Source of the DNA: Amycolatopsis sp.
Lineage (GTDB): Bacteria > Actinomycetota > Actinomycetes > Mycobacteriales > Pseudonocardiaceae
Length of the DNA: 64,000 bases
Assembly: GCA_035551175.1 (NCBI GenBank)
Contig: DASZNR010000154.1
Location: 17,194 to 81,193, forward strand
Direction of reading: 5' to 3'
Position 1 is the first letter of the stretch, and each line of letters starts with the position of its first letter. This document shows, one piece after another, positions 45,069 to 54,079 of the stretch. The translations under genes and the position numbers were made by a program. Below the pieces are notes generated by a model. The model made no database searches and was not told the origin of the DNA. It saw only the letters and a program-made list of their open reading frames with translations.

Positions 45069-46075
45069 CGCTGTGCTCCTTCGTTCGCGTTCGGTGCCGG
45101 CAGGCCCAGGAATTCGAAAGCGTTCGCCGCCAGGAATTCGTGGCCGGCGCGCCGGGGAAGGGCCTCGCTTCGCAGCCCTGATTGGATCGATGCCATCGAT
45201 TTCGCCATCTGGTCCGGGAAGAACGGGGCGTCGCTGCCCAGCAGCAGCCGCTCCGCGCCGAAGCGGTGGACCAGCAACCGCAGGTGCTCGTCGTCGAAAA
45301 CCAAGGTGTCGGCGTACAAGCGGCGCGCCTCGCGGTCCCAGTCCTCGGCGGTGTCCCCTCGGGACAGAGCGGCGGCGACGCGGAGACGGGGATAGGCCCA
45401 CGGGAACACGCCACAGCCGTGCGCCAGCGCGACCCGCAGCCCGCGGTACCGCCCGAGAACACCGCCGAACACCAACGCCGACGCGGCGATCGCGGTGTCG
45501 GTCAACATGCCGAGTCCGAGGTCGTACGGTGCGCCCGCACGCCGCACGACGCCCTTCCCGCCCTCCACCGGATGCACGAAGACCGCTGCCCCGAGGTCGT
45601 CGCACGCCGCCCAGAAGGAGTCGAGTTCGGAAGCGTCGAGATCGAGTTCGCCGACTCTCGTCCCGATCTCGACTCCGCGCAAGCCGATCCGGCGGCACCG
45701 CTCGAGCTCTGTTCTCGCGGATTCGCCGTCGGCCAGCGGGAGGCAGCCCAATCCGAACAGGCGGCCACCGGCGGCCTCGCATGCCGACGCGATCGAATCG
45801 TTCGTCGCGGCGGCGTAGGCGGGCTGCTCGGCGGCGTACTCCATGGCGACCGGCACCGGGGAGATCACCTGATGGGAAATCCCGGCCCGGTCCATCTCCG
45901 CGAGCCGCCGGGGCACGTCCCAGAGCACCGGCGACACCACCCGGAAAGTGTTCTCCCCGCGCATGATCCGCCCGCTGTCCCCGTCGAGCACGAGCCGGGG
46001 CGCGTCGCCCGCGGGCAGCGGCAGGTCCGTCCCGAAGTGGTGCGCGTGCGCGTCGACGGCGGTGCGAGCGGTCAT
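45065..46075 (-). CDS. amidohydrolase-2 family metal-dependent hydrolase/decarboxylase (ACMSD-like)
   Basis: 336 aa with an N-terminal DAHAHH metal motif and a late GSDAPF motif. Confidence 0.85.
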   Translation of the reverse strand: MTARTAVDAHAHHFGTDLPLPAGDAPRLVLDGDSGRIMRGENTFRVVSPVLWDVPRRLAEMDRAGISHQVISPVPVAMEYAAEQPAYAAATNDSIASACEAAGGRLFGLGCLPLADGESARTELERCRRIGLRGVEIGTRVGELDLDASELDSFWAACDDLGAAVFVHPVEGGKGVVRRAGAPYDLGLGMLTDTAIAASALVFGGVLGRYRGLRVALAHGCGVFPWAYPRLRVAAALSRGDTAEDWDREARRLYADTLVFDDEHLRLLVHRFGAERLLLGSDAPFFPDQMAKSMASIQSGLRSEALPRRAGHEFLAANAFEFLGLPAPNANEGAQR

Positions 46076-46187
46076 GCGACGGACGTTAACCGCGGCGACG
46101 CGCCTCGGGCGCGCACGGTTTCAGTGGCCGGAACTCGGTCCCCGGGCGGCATTCCCACCGAGGTCTCCCCTGGTCGCTGTGGACGGG

Positions 46188-46235
46188 CAAAACGAAAGAC
46201 CGCGGCACCGGGTTCGCACACCCGGCGCCGCGGTC
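46188..46235 (-). terminator. intrinsic terminator after the aldehyde dehydrogenase gene (end of the mce-MMPL string)
   Basis: 16-bp stem GACCGCGGCACCGGGT / ACCCGGCGCCGCGGTC (1 mismatch) with a 6-nt loop, followed on the minus strand by CTTTCGTTTTG. Confidence 0.65.
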
Positions 46236-46246
46236 CGCGGTTTCCG

Positions 46247-47692
46247 CTACCGCCGGTCCAGATAGACCGACTGGAGCTGCTGATAAGCCGCCAGCCCTTC
46301 CGGCCCGAGCTCGCGGCCCATCCCGCTCGCCTTGACCCCGCCGAACGGCGCGGTCGGATCGGGCAGATAAGCGTTGACCCCGATGGTGCCCGTATTGACC
46401 CGCTTGGCGACCTCCGCCCCGCGTCCGGGATCCGCCGTCCACACCGAGCCGCCGAGGCCGTAGTCGGAATCGTTGGCGATGCGCACCGCGTCGTCGACCC
46501 CGTCGTAAGGGATGACCGACAGCACCGGGCCGAAGATCTCCTCCTGCGCGATCGTGAAGGCGTTGTCGACGTCGGCGAACACCGTCGGCTGTACGTACCA
46601 CCCCTTGTCCAGCTTCTCGGGCCGTCCGCCGCCCGCGGTGAGCCGGGCACCTTCAGCCTTGCCCTTGGCGATGTAGGACTCGACCCGGTCGCGGTGCCGG
46701 GCGCTGGCCATCGGGCCGATCTGGGTCGCGTGGTCCAGCGGGTCGCCCACCGCGAGGCCGCCGGCCAAGCCGGAGAACAGGTCCACGACCTGGTCGTAGA
46801 TGCCGCGCGGGGCCAGGATCCGGCTGCCCAGGTAGCAGGTCTGGCCGTTGTTGATGAACGACGTGGCGAAGAGCTGCTCGACGCTCCCGGAGAGGTCCGC
46901 GTCGTCCAGCACGATCACCGCGGACTTGCCGCCCAGTTCCAGCGTCACCGGGCGGAGCAGCCTGCCGCACGCCTCGCCGATCGCCCGGCCGGCCGCGGTC
47001 GACCCGGTGAACGCGACCTTGTCCACACCGGGGTGCGAAACCAGGTAGGCGCCGACCTCCCGTCCGGCGGGCACGAAGCTCAGCACCCCCGGCGGAACAC
47101 CGGCCTCCTCCGCCGCTTCCGCGAGCAGGAACGTGTCCAGCACCGTCTCCGGCGAAGGCTTGACGACGACAGTGCACCCGGCCGCCATGGCCGGTGCGAC
47201 CTTGAAAAAGGTAAGTGCCTGCGGGAAGTTCCACGGCACGATCGCCCCGACCACGCCGATCGGCTTCTTCCGGACCAGGGTCGTCCCGCCGAGCAGCCCC
47301 GGCCGTTCCTCCTCGGCGGCGCTCTCGCGAGCCAGATTCGCGTAGTAGCGCAACAGCATGCTGGGGAACGCGCCCTCCAGCTGCTCCGCGACGACGATCG
47401 GCATCCCGTTCTGCGCGCTGATCCGGCGCACCATCTCGTCCTTGCGCACGTCGAGCGCGTCGGCGAGGCGCTCCATCACCTCGGCCCGGCGAGCCGGTTC
47501 CCAGGAAGACCAGCCCGACGGGTCGTCGAACGCCCGGCGCGCGGCCGCGACCGCGTCGTCGATGTCCGCCTCGACGCCCAGCGGCACCGAGCCCAGCGGC
47601 TCTTCGGTCGACGCCGACACGACCTCGATGACGTCGCGGCCGTGCGGGTTCGTCCACTCCCCGCCGAGGTAGAGCTTGTCGTACTGCACCAT
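46247..47692 (-). CDS. NAD(P)+-dependent aldehyde dehydrogenase (paralog of 3429-4883)
   Basis: ATG 47692 gives 481 aa with VPWNFP, FTGSTAAG, ELGGKS, NNGQTC and EEIFGPV. By eye it is about two-thirds identical to the first ALDH. The track ORF to 48913 is an artefact. Confidence 0.92.
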   Translation of the reverse strand: MVQYDKLYLGGEWTNPHGRDVIEVVSASTEEPLGSVPLGVEADIDDAVAAARRAFDDPSGWSSWEPARRAEVMERLADALDVRKDEMVRRISAQNGMPIVVAEQLEGAFPSMLLRYYANLARESAAEEERPGLLGGTTLVRKKPIGVVGAIVPWNFPQALTFFKVAPAMAAGCTVVVKPSPETVLDTFLLAEAAEEAGVPPGVLSFVPAGREVGAYLVSHPGVDKVAFTGSTAAGRAIGEACGRLLRPVTLELGGKSAVIVLDDADLSGSVEQLFATSFINNGQTCYLGSRILAPRGIYDQVVDLFSGLAGGLAVGDPLDHATQIGPMASARHRDRVESYIAKGKAEGARLTAGGGRPEKLDKGWYVQPTVFADVDNAFTIAQEEIFGPVLSVIPYDGVDDAVRIANDSDYGLGGSVWTADPGRGAEVAKRVNTGTIGVNAYLPDPTAPFGGVKASGMGRELGPEGLAAYQQLQSVYLDRR

Positions 47693-47733
47693 CGATGTTT
47701 CCTTTCCCGTGAACTTCGGATCGCCCGGAACTG

Positions 47734-47934
47734 TCAGGCGAGATTGGCGACAACGGCGATCGCGAACAACGCCGCGACCGCCTCGCAGCCCAGCGCTCCC
47801 CGCCGCAGCACCGCCTCCCGGTGCTCCCGGCCCGGGCCCGCTCCGGACAGGACCCGGGCGTTGCGCCGGCCCCATTCCCCGACGAGCCCCAATGCGCCCG
47901 CCAGCGCGAGCTGCAGGACGGCCAGCATCCACAT
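47734..47934 (-). CDS. hypothetical small membrane protein (66 aa, two hydrophobic segments)
   Basis: ATG 47934 lies 9 nt after the PPIase stop. Third positions are high in G/C. The protein has hydrophobic N- and C-terminal segments separated by an Arg-rich loop. The RBS is weak. Confidence 0.35.
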   Translation of the reverse strand: MWMLAVLQLALAGALGLVGEWGRRNARVLSGAGPGREHREAVLRRGALGCEAVAALFAIAVVANLA

Positions 47935-47943
47935 AGGACAGAC

Positions 47944-49179
47944 CTACTTGCCCGCCGGAGCCGGGACCGGTGCCGCGGGCTGCCCGTCCAGGCCGGTCGG
48001 CGGCGGCGCGTCCGGGTCCGCCGGCCGGTAGTCGTCGGCGTACTGCACGGCAGCCGACCGGATCTGCTGGGTCAGCCAGTCCTGCCAGCGGCTCATCAGC
48101 TGTTCGTTGGTCAGCTGCAGCTTCAGCTTGTCCTTCACCGCGTCGAATTGCGCCGGCACTGCGGGCACCACCGACACGACCTTGCCCACATTCCACCCGT
48201 GCGAGGTCTGCACCGGACCGAACACTGCGCCCGACGGCGTGGCGAAGGCGGCTTTGGCGTATGCCGGGTCGAGCTGATCCGCGGTCAGCGCGCCGAGATC
48301 CCCGCCGGAGGCGCGAGTCTGGTCGTCCAGGCTGGATTTCTTCGCGAGGCCCTCGAAAACCGCCCCCGAAGAGACCTGGCCGAGGAGTTGCTTGGCCTCG
48401 TCCTGGGTGCGTACGACGATGTTGCGGATCTCCCGCTTCTCCGGGGTGCCAAGCGAGGCCTGCCGCTTCGGGAAGGCGTCGCGGACCTGCTGGTCGCTGA
48501 CCGCGACTCCGTGCGTCTGCTGGCCGAAAAGCTGGTTGACCGCCAGCATGTGCTTGATCTCGTCGAGGACCGCCTGCTCCGAGGTGCCCGCCGCGCCGAG
48601 GCCTTGCACGAAGTTCGCTTTGGCGTCGGCGCCGTCGCCGGACTGCTGCGAGACGTACCGGGTCAGCACGTCCTGCGCGGTTTTGTCGGCGACGACGATC
48701 CCGTGCTGCCGGGCTTGGCCGTCGAGAATGATCCGCACCGCGTCGGCTTTCGCGACCGCGCGGCGGAATCCGTCGAGTTTGGCCGGGTCGGTCGGGACCT
48801 GGAGCCCGTACAGCGCGCGCAGCCGGTCCGCCTCGGCGTTGAGCTGATCGACCGTGACGACCGTGCCGCCGACCCGGAACGCCGCTCCGGCGGGCAACCG
48901 CCCGGCGTCCCACCAGAAGTAACCGCCGGTTCCGCCGCCGACGAGCACCGCCAGCACGAGCACCGCGACAATCCGGCCCTTCCGGGTGCGCGGCAGCCGC
49001 ACCGCGCGGCGCACCCGGGAAAGCACCGAACGGATCCAGGACTGCCGAGACGGCTCCGCGTCCTCGCCGCCGCGGGGAAGGCCGGATTCCTCTTCCACGG
49101 CCTCGACGTCGTCGTCCTCGGCCACGACCGTGGCGACCCCGCTGCGGGCGGTCTCCTCGGTTTCGTCGTCGGCTGGCAT
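47944..49179 (-). CDS. membrane-anchored parvulin-type peptidyl-prolyl isomerase (PrsA/SurA-like foldase)
   Basis: ATG 49179 is preceded by GGAGGTG. It has an acidic N-terminus, one TM (IVAVLVLAVLVGGG), a SurA-N-like helical part, and a rotamase domain (REIRNIVV...GGDLG...SHGWNVGKV). Confidence 0.8.
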   Translation of the reverse strand: MPADDETEETARSGVATVVAEDDDVEAVEEESGLPRGGEDAEPSRQSWIRSVLSRVRRAVRLPRTRKGRIVAVLVLAVLVGGGTGGYFWWDAGRLPAGAAFRVGGTVVTVDQLNAEADRLRALYGLQVPTDPAKLDGFRRAVAKADAVRIILDGQARQHGIVVADKTAQDVLTRYVSQQSGDGADAKANFVQGLGAAGTSEQAVLDEIKHMLAVNQLFGQQTHGVAVSDQQVRDAFPKRQASLGTPEKREIRNIVVRTQDEAKQLLGQVSSGAVFEGLAKKSSLDDQTRASGGDLGALTADQLDPAYAKAAFATPSGAVFGPVQTSHGWNVGKVVSVVPAVPAQFDAVKDKLKLQLTNEQLMSRWQDWLTQQIRSAAVQYADDYRPADPDAPPPTGLDGQPAAPVPAPAGK

Positions 49180-49181
49180 GG

Positions 49182-51494
49182 TCAACGCACCTCCTCGAGT
49201 GTCTTCAGCGCGGGTTTCCTTGCGGTGGGTGTTTCTCTCTTTCGCGGCGGCCCGGGCACCGACACCGCGACCACGCAGGCCGCGGACAGCAGAGCCAGCA
49301 CGACGGAACCGGCGAGCAGAAGCCCGAACTGCTGGATGACCGCCAGCTTCGACACGACCAGCGCCGCATAGCCGGCCGCGGACGTGATAGCAGCGAGGAC
49401 GACCGAGCGGCGCAACGCCGGGTTGCCCGTCCGGACCGCCGCCGCGAGCACGACGGTGAACTCCGCGCCCACCGCGGCGGTCAGCGAGCCGAGCGCGACA
49501 GTGATCGGGCTCAGCGGGATTCCGCCCGCCCACAGCGCGAAAAGCCCGAGCCCGGTCGCGGCCGTCGCGGCGGCGACCGCTCGCAGCGCGTCGCTCCGCC
49601 TCCGCAGGCCGACGGCGAGCACCAGTCCCGAAGCGACGATGCCGAGCACGTTGGACCAGACCCGATCGCCGGAAATCAATTCGGAACCGCGCACGGCGGC
49701 CATCGGCAACCCCGTCAGGTCCGCCCGATACCCGGCGGGCGGGTTCGGCAGCCGCCGCAGCACGTCGTCTCTCAACTGCCGCAACGCGCCCAGGTCATTG
49801 GTCCGCGCACCGAACACGAGCACGGAGCTGGTGCGGTTCTCGCTTGCCACCGCGGAGCTGAGATACGGCGGCAGCAATCGCATCCCGGCACTGACCTGCT
49901 CGGCTGTCGCGTCGCCGCCCAGGAACGTGAGAAGCGACGGGAGCGAAATAGCGGGGCGAAGCTGGTCGCCGTGCTCGGTGACCACGGAATCCTGCGCTTG
50001 CCGCATCCACCGCAGCGCGGCCGGGGACGTCACGTCCGGCCCGCGCAGGACGAGGTCGACCTCGCCGGACGATCCCAGTGCCCGCTCGACTTCGGCCGCG
50101 TCGGCCAAGGACGGCAGCCCGGTCGCGAAAGCCTCCACATTCGCCTGCAACGGCAAGGAAGGCAGCGAATACCAGCCTGCCGCCGCGAGCGCGGCGGCGA
50201 GCACCGCCATCGCGACACCGCGTTTCCGGTGCACCGCCTTGACCGGGGCAACGGGGACGGGCTCCGCGGACGCGAATCGCCGCAGCAGCAACGCGCCCGT
50301 CACCGCCGAAAGGACCACGCCTACCGAAAGCGTCATCCCGAGATCTCGGACGAACGGCAGCGGGGACACCATCAGCATCGCGAAGCTCGCAGCACTCGCC
50401 GCCGCGACCACCAGCACGGTGCGACGCTTGGCGCGCTGGACGAAGTAAGCCGGGTAGTAGCAGCCGACGCCGAGAAGCACCGACAGAAACGCCACCACGC
50501 CAAGGGAAAGCGTCTTGCCGGACCACCCGAAGAGACCGAGTGTGAGCAGGATCGAGATCAGAGTCACCAGCAGCGGCGGCAGCCGGTGCCGGCGGCGCGT
50601 CCACGGCACCAGCCACAGTGCGAGGGCAACGGAGGCCAGCGCGACCGCCCCGATCACCGGAAGCTCCCTGGCGATTTGCTCCGCGATGGACGACGCCACT
50701 GCGGGCACGCCGGAAACGGTCACCCGGTCCGCACCGGCGGGAGCCTGCCCGACCGCCGCGCGCACTCCGGCCGCCAGCCGGGCAGTCGCGTCCTGGTCCA
50801 TGCCCTCTCGCGGGCGGACCAGCACCGCCACCGAATTCTGCGACGGAACCACGAAATGCCATTGCGCGCGGACCCCGCCGTCGCCGGAATACATGACCGA
50901 ATCCACGAAACGCTGATTGCTCAAGGTCGGCAGCCCGGCAGGCATACCCTGGACCAGAAGCGAGCCGTAACGGCGATCGAACTCGTCCTGTGCGCGCTGC
51001 CCCGCGGCTTGGGCCTTCTCCGGTGCCGCGCCCTTCGCTGCAGCCTCCTGGACCGCTTGCTGACGCACAGCGTCCCGGCGGCCGGTCAGCTCGGCCAGCA
51101 AGTCCTGCGCGCGCCCGGCGAGCTGATTCAGCACAGTCCCGGGCCCGTAGACGCTCGCCACGTCGGGCAGTCCGGCCAGCTTCCCTTCGAGACCGACCAG
51201 CTGATCGAGGTTCCGGCCGCTCAGCATCGCTTTGGGCGCCCGGGATTCGAGCAGCACCACGATCGGATCCCCGCCGAACGACCGCGCCTTTTCGTCGAGC
51301 TGTGTCACGCTCGGGTCGCCGGAGGGCAGAAACGACTCGACCGTCGTCTCCACGCGAAGTCTCGCCAAGCCGCCCGCGCCGAGACCGGCGACGCAGACCA
51401 CTGCGAGCACAAGGCACCACCCGCGCACGGTCCAAGTGCGCGGCGCCCACCGGCGCGCGAGAGCCGCCCGCGTGGCGATCCGCTGGCCGCTCAT
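49182..51494 (-). CDS. MMPL/RND-superfamily membrane transporter (770 aa, ~12 TM, two extracytoplasmic domains)
   Basis: ATG 51494 overlaps the mceF stop (ATGA). The topology read from the sequence is TM1, ~250-aa soluble domain, 5 TM, TM7, ~170-aa soluble domain, 5 TM. Confidence 0.85.
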   Translation of the reverse strand: MSGQRIATRAALARRWAPRTWTVRGWCLVLAVVCVAGLGAGGLARLRVETTVESFLPSGDPSVTQLDEKARSFGGDPIVVLLESRAPKAMLSGRNLDQLVGLEGKLAGLPDVASVYGPGTVLNQLAGRAQDLLAELTGRRDAVRQQAVQEAAAKGAAPEKAQAAGQRAQDEFDRRYGSLLVQGMPAGLPTLSNQRFVDSVMYSGDGGVRAQWHFVVPSQNSVAVLVRPREGMDQDATARLAAGVRAAVGQAPAGADRVTVSGVPAVASSIAEQIARELPVIGAVALASVALALWLVPWTRRRHRLPPLLVTLISILLTLGLFGWSGKTLSLGVVAFLSVLLGVGCYYPAYFVQRAKRRTVLVVAAASAASFAMLMVSPLPFVRDLGMTLSVGVVLSAVTGALLLRRFASAEPVPVAPVKAVHRKRGVAMAVLAAALAAAGWYSLPSLPLQANVEAFATGLPSLADAAEVERALGSSGEVDLVLRGPDVTSPAALRWMRQAQDSVVTEHGDQLRPAISLPSLLTFLGGDATAEQVSAGMRLLPPYLSSAVASENRTSSVLVFGARTNDLGALRQLRDDVLRRLPNPPAGYRADLTGLPMAAVRGSELISGDRVWSNVLGIVASGLVLAVGLRRRSDALRAVAAATAATGLGLFALWAGGIPLSPITVALGSLTAAVGAEFTVVLAAAVRTGNPALRRSVVLAAITSAAGYAALVVSKLAVIQQFGLLLAGSVVLALLSAACVVAVSVPGPPRKRETPTARKPALKTLEEVR

Positions 51495-52798
51495 CGCGGG
51501 GCCGGGAGCGGGTTCACGTGCGGGTACTGACCGCTGAACGGAACCGGCTGCACCGCGCCGGGCGCGGGGTACGGATTCCGTTCGTTCAGCGGACCCACGT
51601 TCGTGTTGAGCGGAACGCCGGTGACGGCTTGCCGGTTCAGCACCGGCAGCAACCGCAGTGCCTTCCCGTCCTTGTTGCCGGTCATCAGCGAGGCTCCCCA
51701 GTTCACGAACAGGTGCGCGATGTCCTGGCCGTAGGGCTCCAGGTAGGTCAGCATCGGGTTCAGCTGCAGCAGATCGTTCTGCAGCGACGGGATCAGGGCA
51801 TCCAGGTCGGCGGCGGCCGGCTGGATCCGCTGCACGGTCGCCGGGGCCTTGCCGAGCACCTGGTCGAGCGCCGGGAGAATGCCGCGCAGGCCGCTCGCCG
51901 CCCTCGGCAGCTGCTCGAGGGCCGTGGTGAGGTCGGGTGCGGCCGTGCGCAGGTCCCGCGCCACCGGCGCCAGCGCGCCCGAGAGCTTCGACAGGCTCGC
52001 GGTGGCCCCGTTGGCCGAGTCGAGGACCCCGGGCAGCTTCCGCACCACCTCCTGCAAGCTCTGGCCGTTGTCCGCGGTCGCCGCCGCGAGCCGGTTGGCG
52101 TTGTCGACCAGGTCCGCGATCTCGCCCTGCCTGGTGTCCAGCGCGGCGAGGAGGGTCGCCGTGCCGCCGGTCAGCTGCTTCAGGTCGGCGGACTGCGCGG
52201 CGAGTGCGTCGAGCGCGGTCTTCCCGTTCCGGCCCAGCTGGCCCAGCCCGCTCAGCGCCCGGTCGATGTCCTGCCTGCGGTCCTGCGTGGCCATGCCGAG
52301 GGACCGCAGGCTCTCGCCCAGCGCCTGCCGGGTGCCGCCGTCGAGGCTGACCAGCACGTCGTTCAGCTCGACCGCCGGTTTGGCCGAGCCGTCCGGCAGG
52401 CTCGCCCCGTTCGCCAGCGCCGCGCCCTTGCCGTCGGCGACCTCCAGGAACGTCTCGTCGACCAGCGTCTTCTGCCGGACCTGAACAGTGGCGCCGCCGT
52501 GCAGCGGCGCGTTGCTGTCCAGCTGAAGCGTCGCTCGCGCACCGTTGCCGACGACCTCCAGCGAAGCGACCTTGCCGACGGTCACGCCGGCGATCGTCAC
52601 GTCCGAGTTCTCGACCAGGTTCGACGCCTTCGGGAGGTTCAGGCTCACCCGGTAGCCGGTCTTGCTGACCAGCGGCAGCCTGCCGCCGGCGTTGACCCAC
52701 AGGTAGCCGAAGATGACGACGCAGACGAGGGCGAACACGCCGAGCACGATCAGCCGGATCTTCGGCAACGCGGCATGGGGAATGTTCATCGGGACCAC
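51491..52798 (-). CDS. mceF: MCE-family substrate-binding protein (sixth of six)
   Basis: It has an N-terminal TM (IRLIVLGVFALVCVVIFGYL) followed by an MlaD/MCE domain (VTIAGVTVGKV). The start is GTG 52798 or ATG 52789. The symbol is positional only. Confidence 0.85.
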   Translation of the reverse strand: MVPMNIPHAALPKIRLIVLGVFALVCVVIFGYLWVNAGGRLPLVSKTGYRVSLNLPKASNLVENSDVTIAGVTVGKVASLEVVGNGARATLQLDSNAPLHGGATVQVRQKTLVDETFLEVADGKGAALANGASLPDGSAKPAVELNDVLVSLDGGTRQALGESLRSLGMATQDRRQDIDRALSGLGQLGRNGKTALDALAAQSADLKQLTGGTATLLAALDTRQGEIADLVDNANRLAAATADNGQSLQEVVRKLPGVLDSANGATASLSKLSGALAPVARDLRTAAPDLTTALEQLPRAASGLRGILPALDQVLGKAPATVQRIQPAAADLDALIPSLQNDLLQLNPMLTYLEPYGQDIAHLFVNWGASLMTGNKDGKALRLLPVLNRQAVTGVPLNTNVGPLNERNPYPAPGAVQPVPFSGQYPHVNPLPAPR

Positions 52799-54079
52799 CT
52801 AGCGCGGGGAGTGCGGGAACCGGTACGGAGCGGCCGGCGTGGACAGCGGCAGCAGCGCGTTCGTGCCGAGCGTCTGCGGGGTCAGCACGAGGAAACCGCG
52901 CAGGATGCCGCCGTTTCCGTCTTTCATGCTGGTCAGCGATCGGGTGTTGACGAAGAACGCGCCGAGATCGGACAGGCTCGACACCGCCGCGCTCGTGACT
53001 CCGTTCAGCCTGCTGGTCGACGCTCGCAGGTCCGGGAGCGTCGCCTGCAAATCCGACGCCACCGGGCGGAGGTCCTGCACCACCGGCCGCGCCTTCTGCA
53101 CGACCGGCATGCCCTTGTCGACGGTGCTGCCGAGATTGCCGACGGTGTTGCTCAGCTTGTTCAACGCTCCGGGAAGGGTGCCCGCGGCGTTCTTGAGGTT
53201 GTCCAGCGTCGGGTCCAGCTGGCCGCTGAGCGACTGCACCGCGTCAGTGGCCTGCTTGAGCTGCCGGGTGAAGTCCGGCAGCTGGCCGAGCACCGATTTG
53301 AGGTCGCCGTTGTGCGCGCCGACGGCCGCCAGCGTGGTGTTCAGATCTCCGGCGAGGCGGCCGAGCCGGTCGCCGTCGCCGCCGACCGCCTGCGAGATCT
53401 GCGACAACGCCGTCACCAGCCGCTGCAACGCGTCCCGGCGGGACTGCAGCGATTCGACGACCGGCTGCAGCTTCTTGGCCACCTCATCCGTCATCCGGAC
53501 ACCGCCGGGCAGGTTCTGCGGCGCGGCGGCCAAGGCGACGTCGGACTCCTGGAGAAGGGTGGCCAGCGCCTGCCGGGTGTTGTCGTCGAGGTGACCCAGG
53601 ACCTCGTCGATCTGAACCGGGCGCTGTGACTGCGAAACGGGCAGCACGCCGTCGGCGTCCAGCTTCGGCGCGGGCGGGCCGCCGGGACTCAGCTCGACGT
53701 ACATCTCGTTCAGCGGGCTCTTCGGCCGCAGGACGACGGTCGCGTTCTGGTACACGGGATAGCGGGAATCGATCGACAGCTCCAGCCGGGGCCGTCCGCT
53801 GTCGTCCAGGCCGGCCGCCTCGATCTCCCCCACCTGCACCCCGGCGATGCGCACTTCCTGGCCGTGGCCCGGGCTGACGCCCGGCGTGTCCTCGAACGTC
53901 GCGGAGAAGGTGAACCGGTCGTTCCACGGCCAGGAGAACCGCTGGTTGGCCAGGATGATGCCGCCGACCAGTGCCGCCAGCACGATCAACGCCGCCAGCA
54001 CCGCGACGTTGCGGAACAGCCCTGGTTCGGTGCGGACCCGCTGCCAGCCCCGTCCGATCTTGCCGAGCCGCGCGTTCAT
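52799..54079 (-). CDS. mceE: MCE-family substrate-binding protein (fifth)
   Basis: ATG 54079 overlaps the mceD stop. It has a TM segment followed by an MCE domain (VRIAGVQVGEI). Confidence 0.85.
   Translation of the reverse strand: MNARLGKIGRGWQRVRTEPGLFRNVAVLAALIVLAALVGGIILANQRFSWPWNDRFTFSATFEDTPGVSPGHGQEVRIAGVQVGEIEAAGLDDSGRPRLELSIDSRYPVYQNATVVLRPKSPLNEMYVELSPGGPPAPKLDADGVLPVSQSQRPVQIDEVLGHLDDNTRQALATLLQESDVALAAAPQNLPGGVRMTDEVAKKLQPVVESLQSRRDALQRLVTALSQISQAVGGDGDRLGRLAGDLNTTLAAVGAHNGDLKSVLGQLPDFTRQLKQATDAVQSLSGQLDPTLDNLKNAAGTLPGALNKLSNTVGNLGSTVDKGMPVVQKARPVVQDLRPVASDLQATLPDLRASTSRLNGVTSAAVSSLSDLGAFFVNTRSLTSMKDGNGGILRGFLVLTPQTLGTNALLPLSTPAAPYRFPHSPR

Noticed and set aside
1-47692. Classifying the island as a cholesterol/steroid catabolic cluster with an Mce4-type importer.
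   Set aside because: Steroid-type side-chain enzymes are present. However, I see no KshA/B, KstD, HsaA-D (apart from one generic C-C hydrolase), IpdAB or Ltp2 homologs. The P450 tail looks CYP108-like rather than CYP125/142-like. A steroid role for genes outside the window cannot be excluded.
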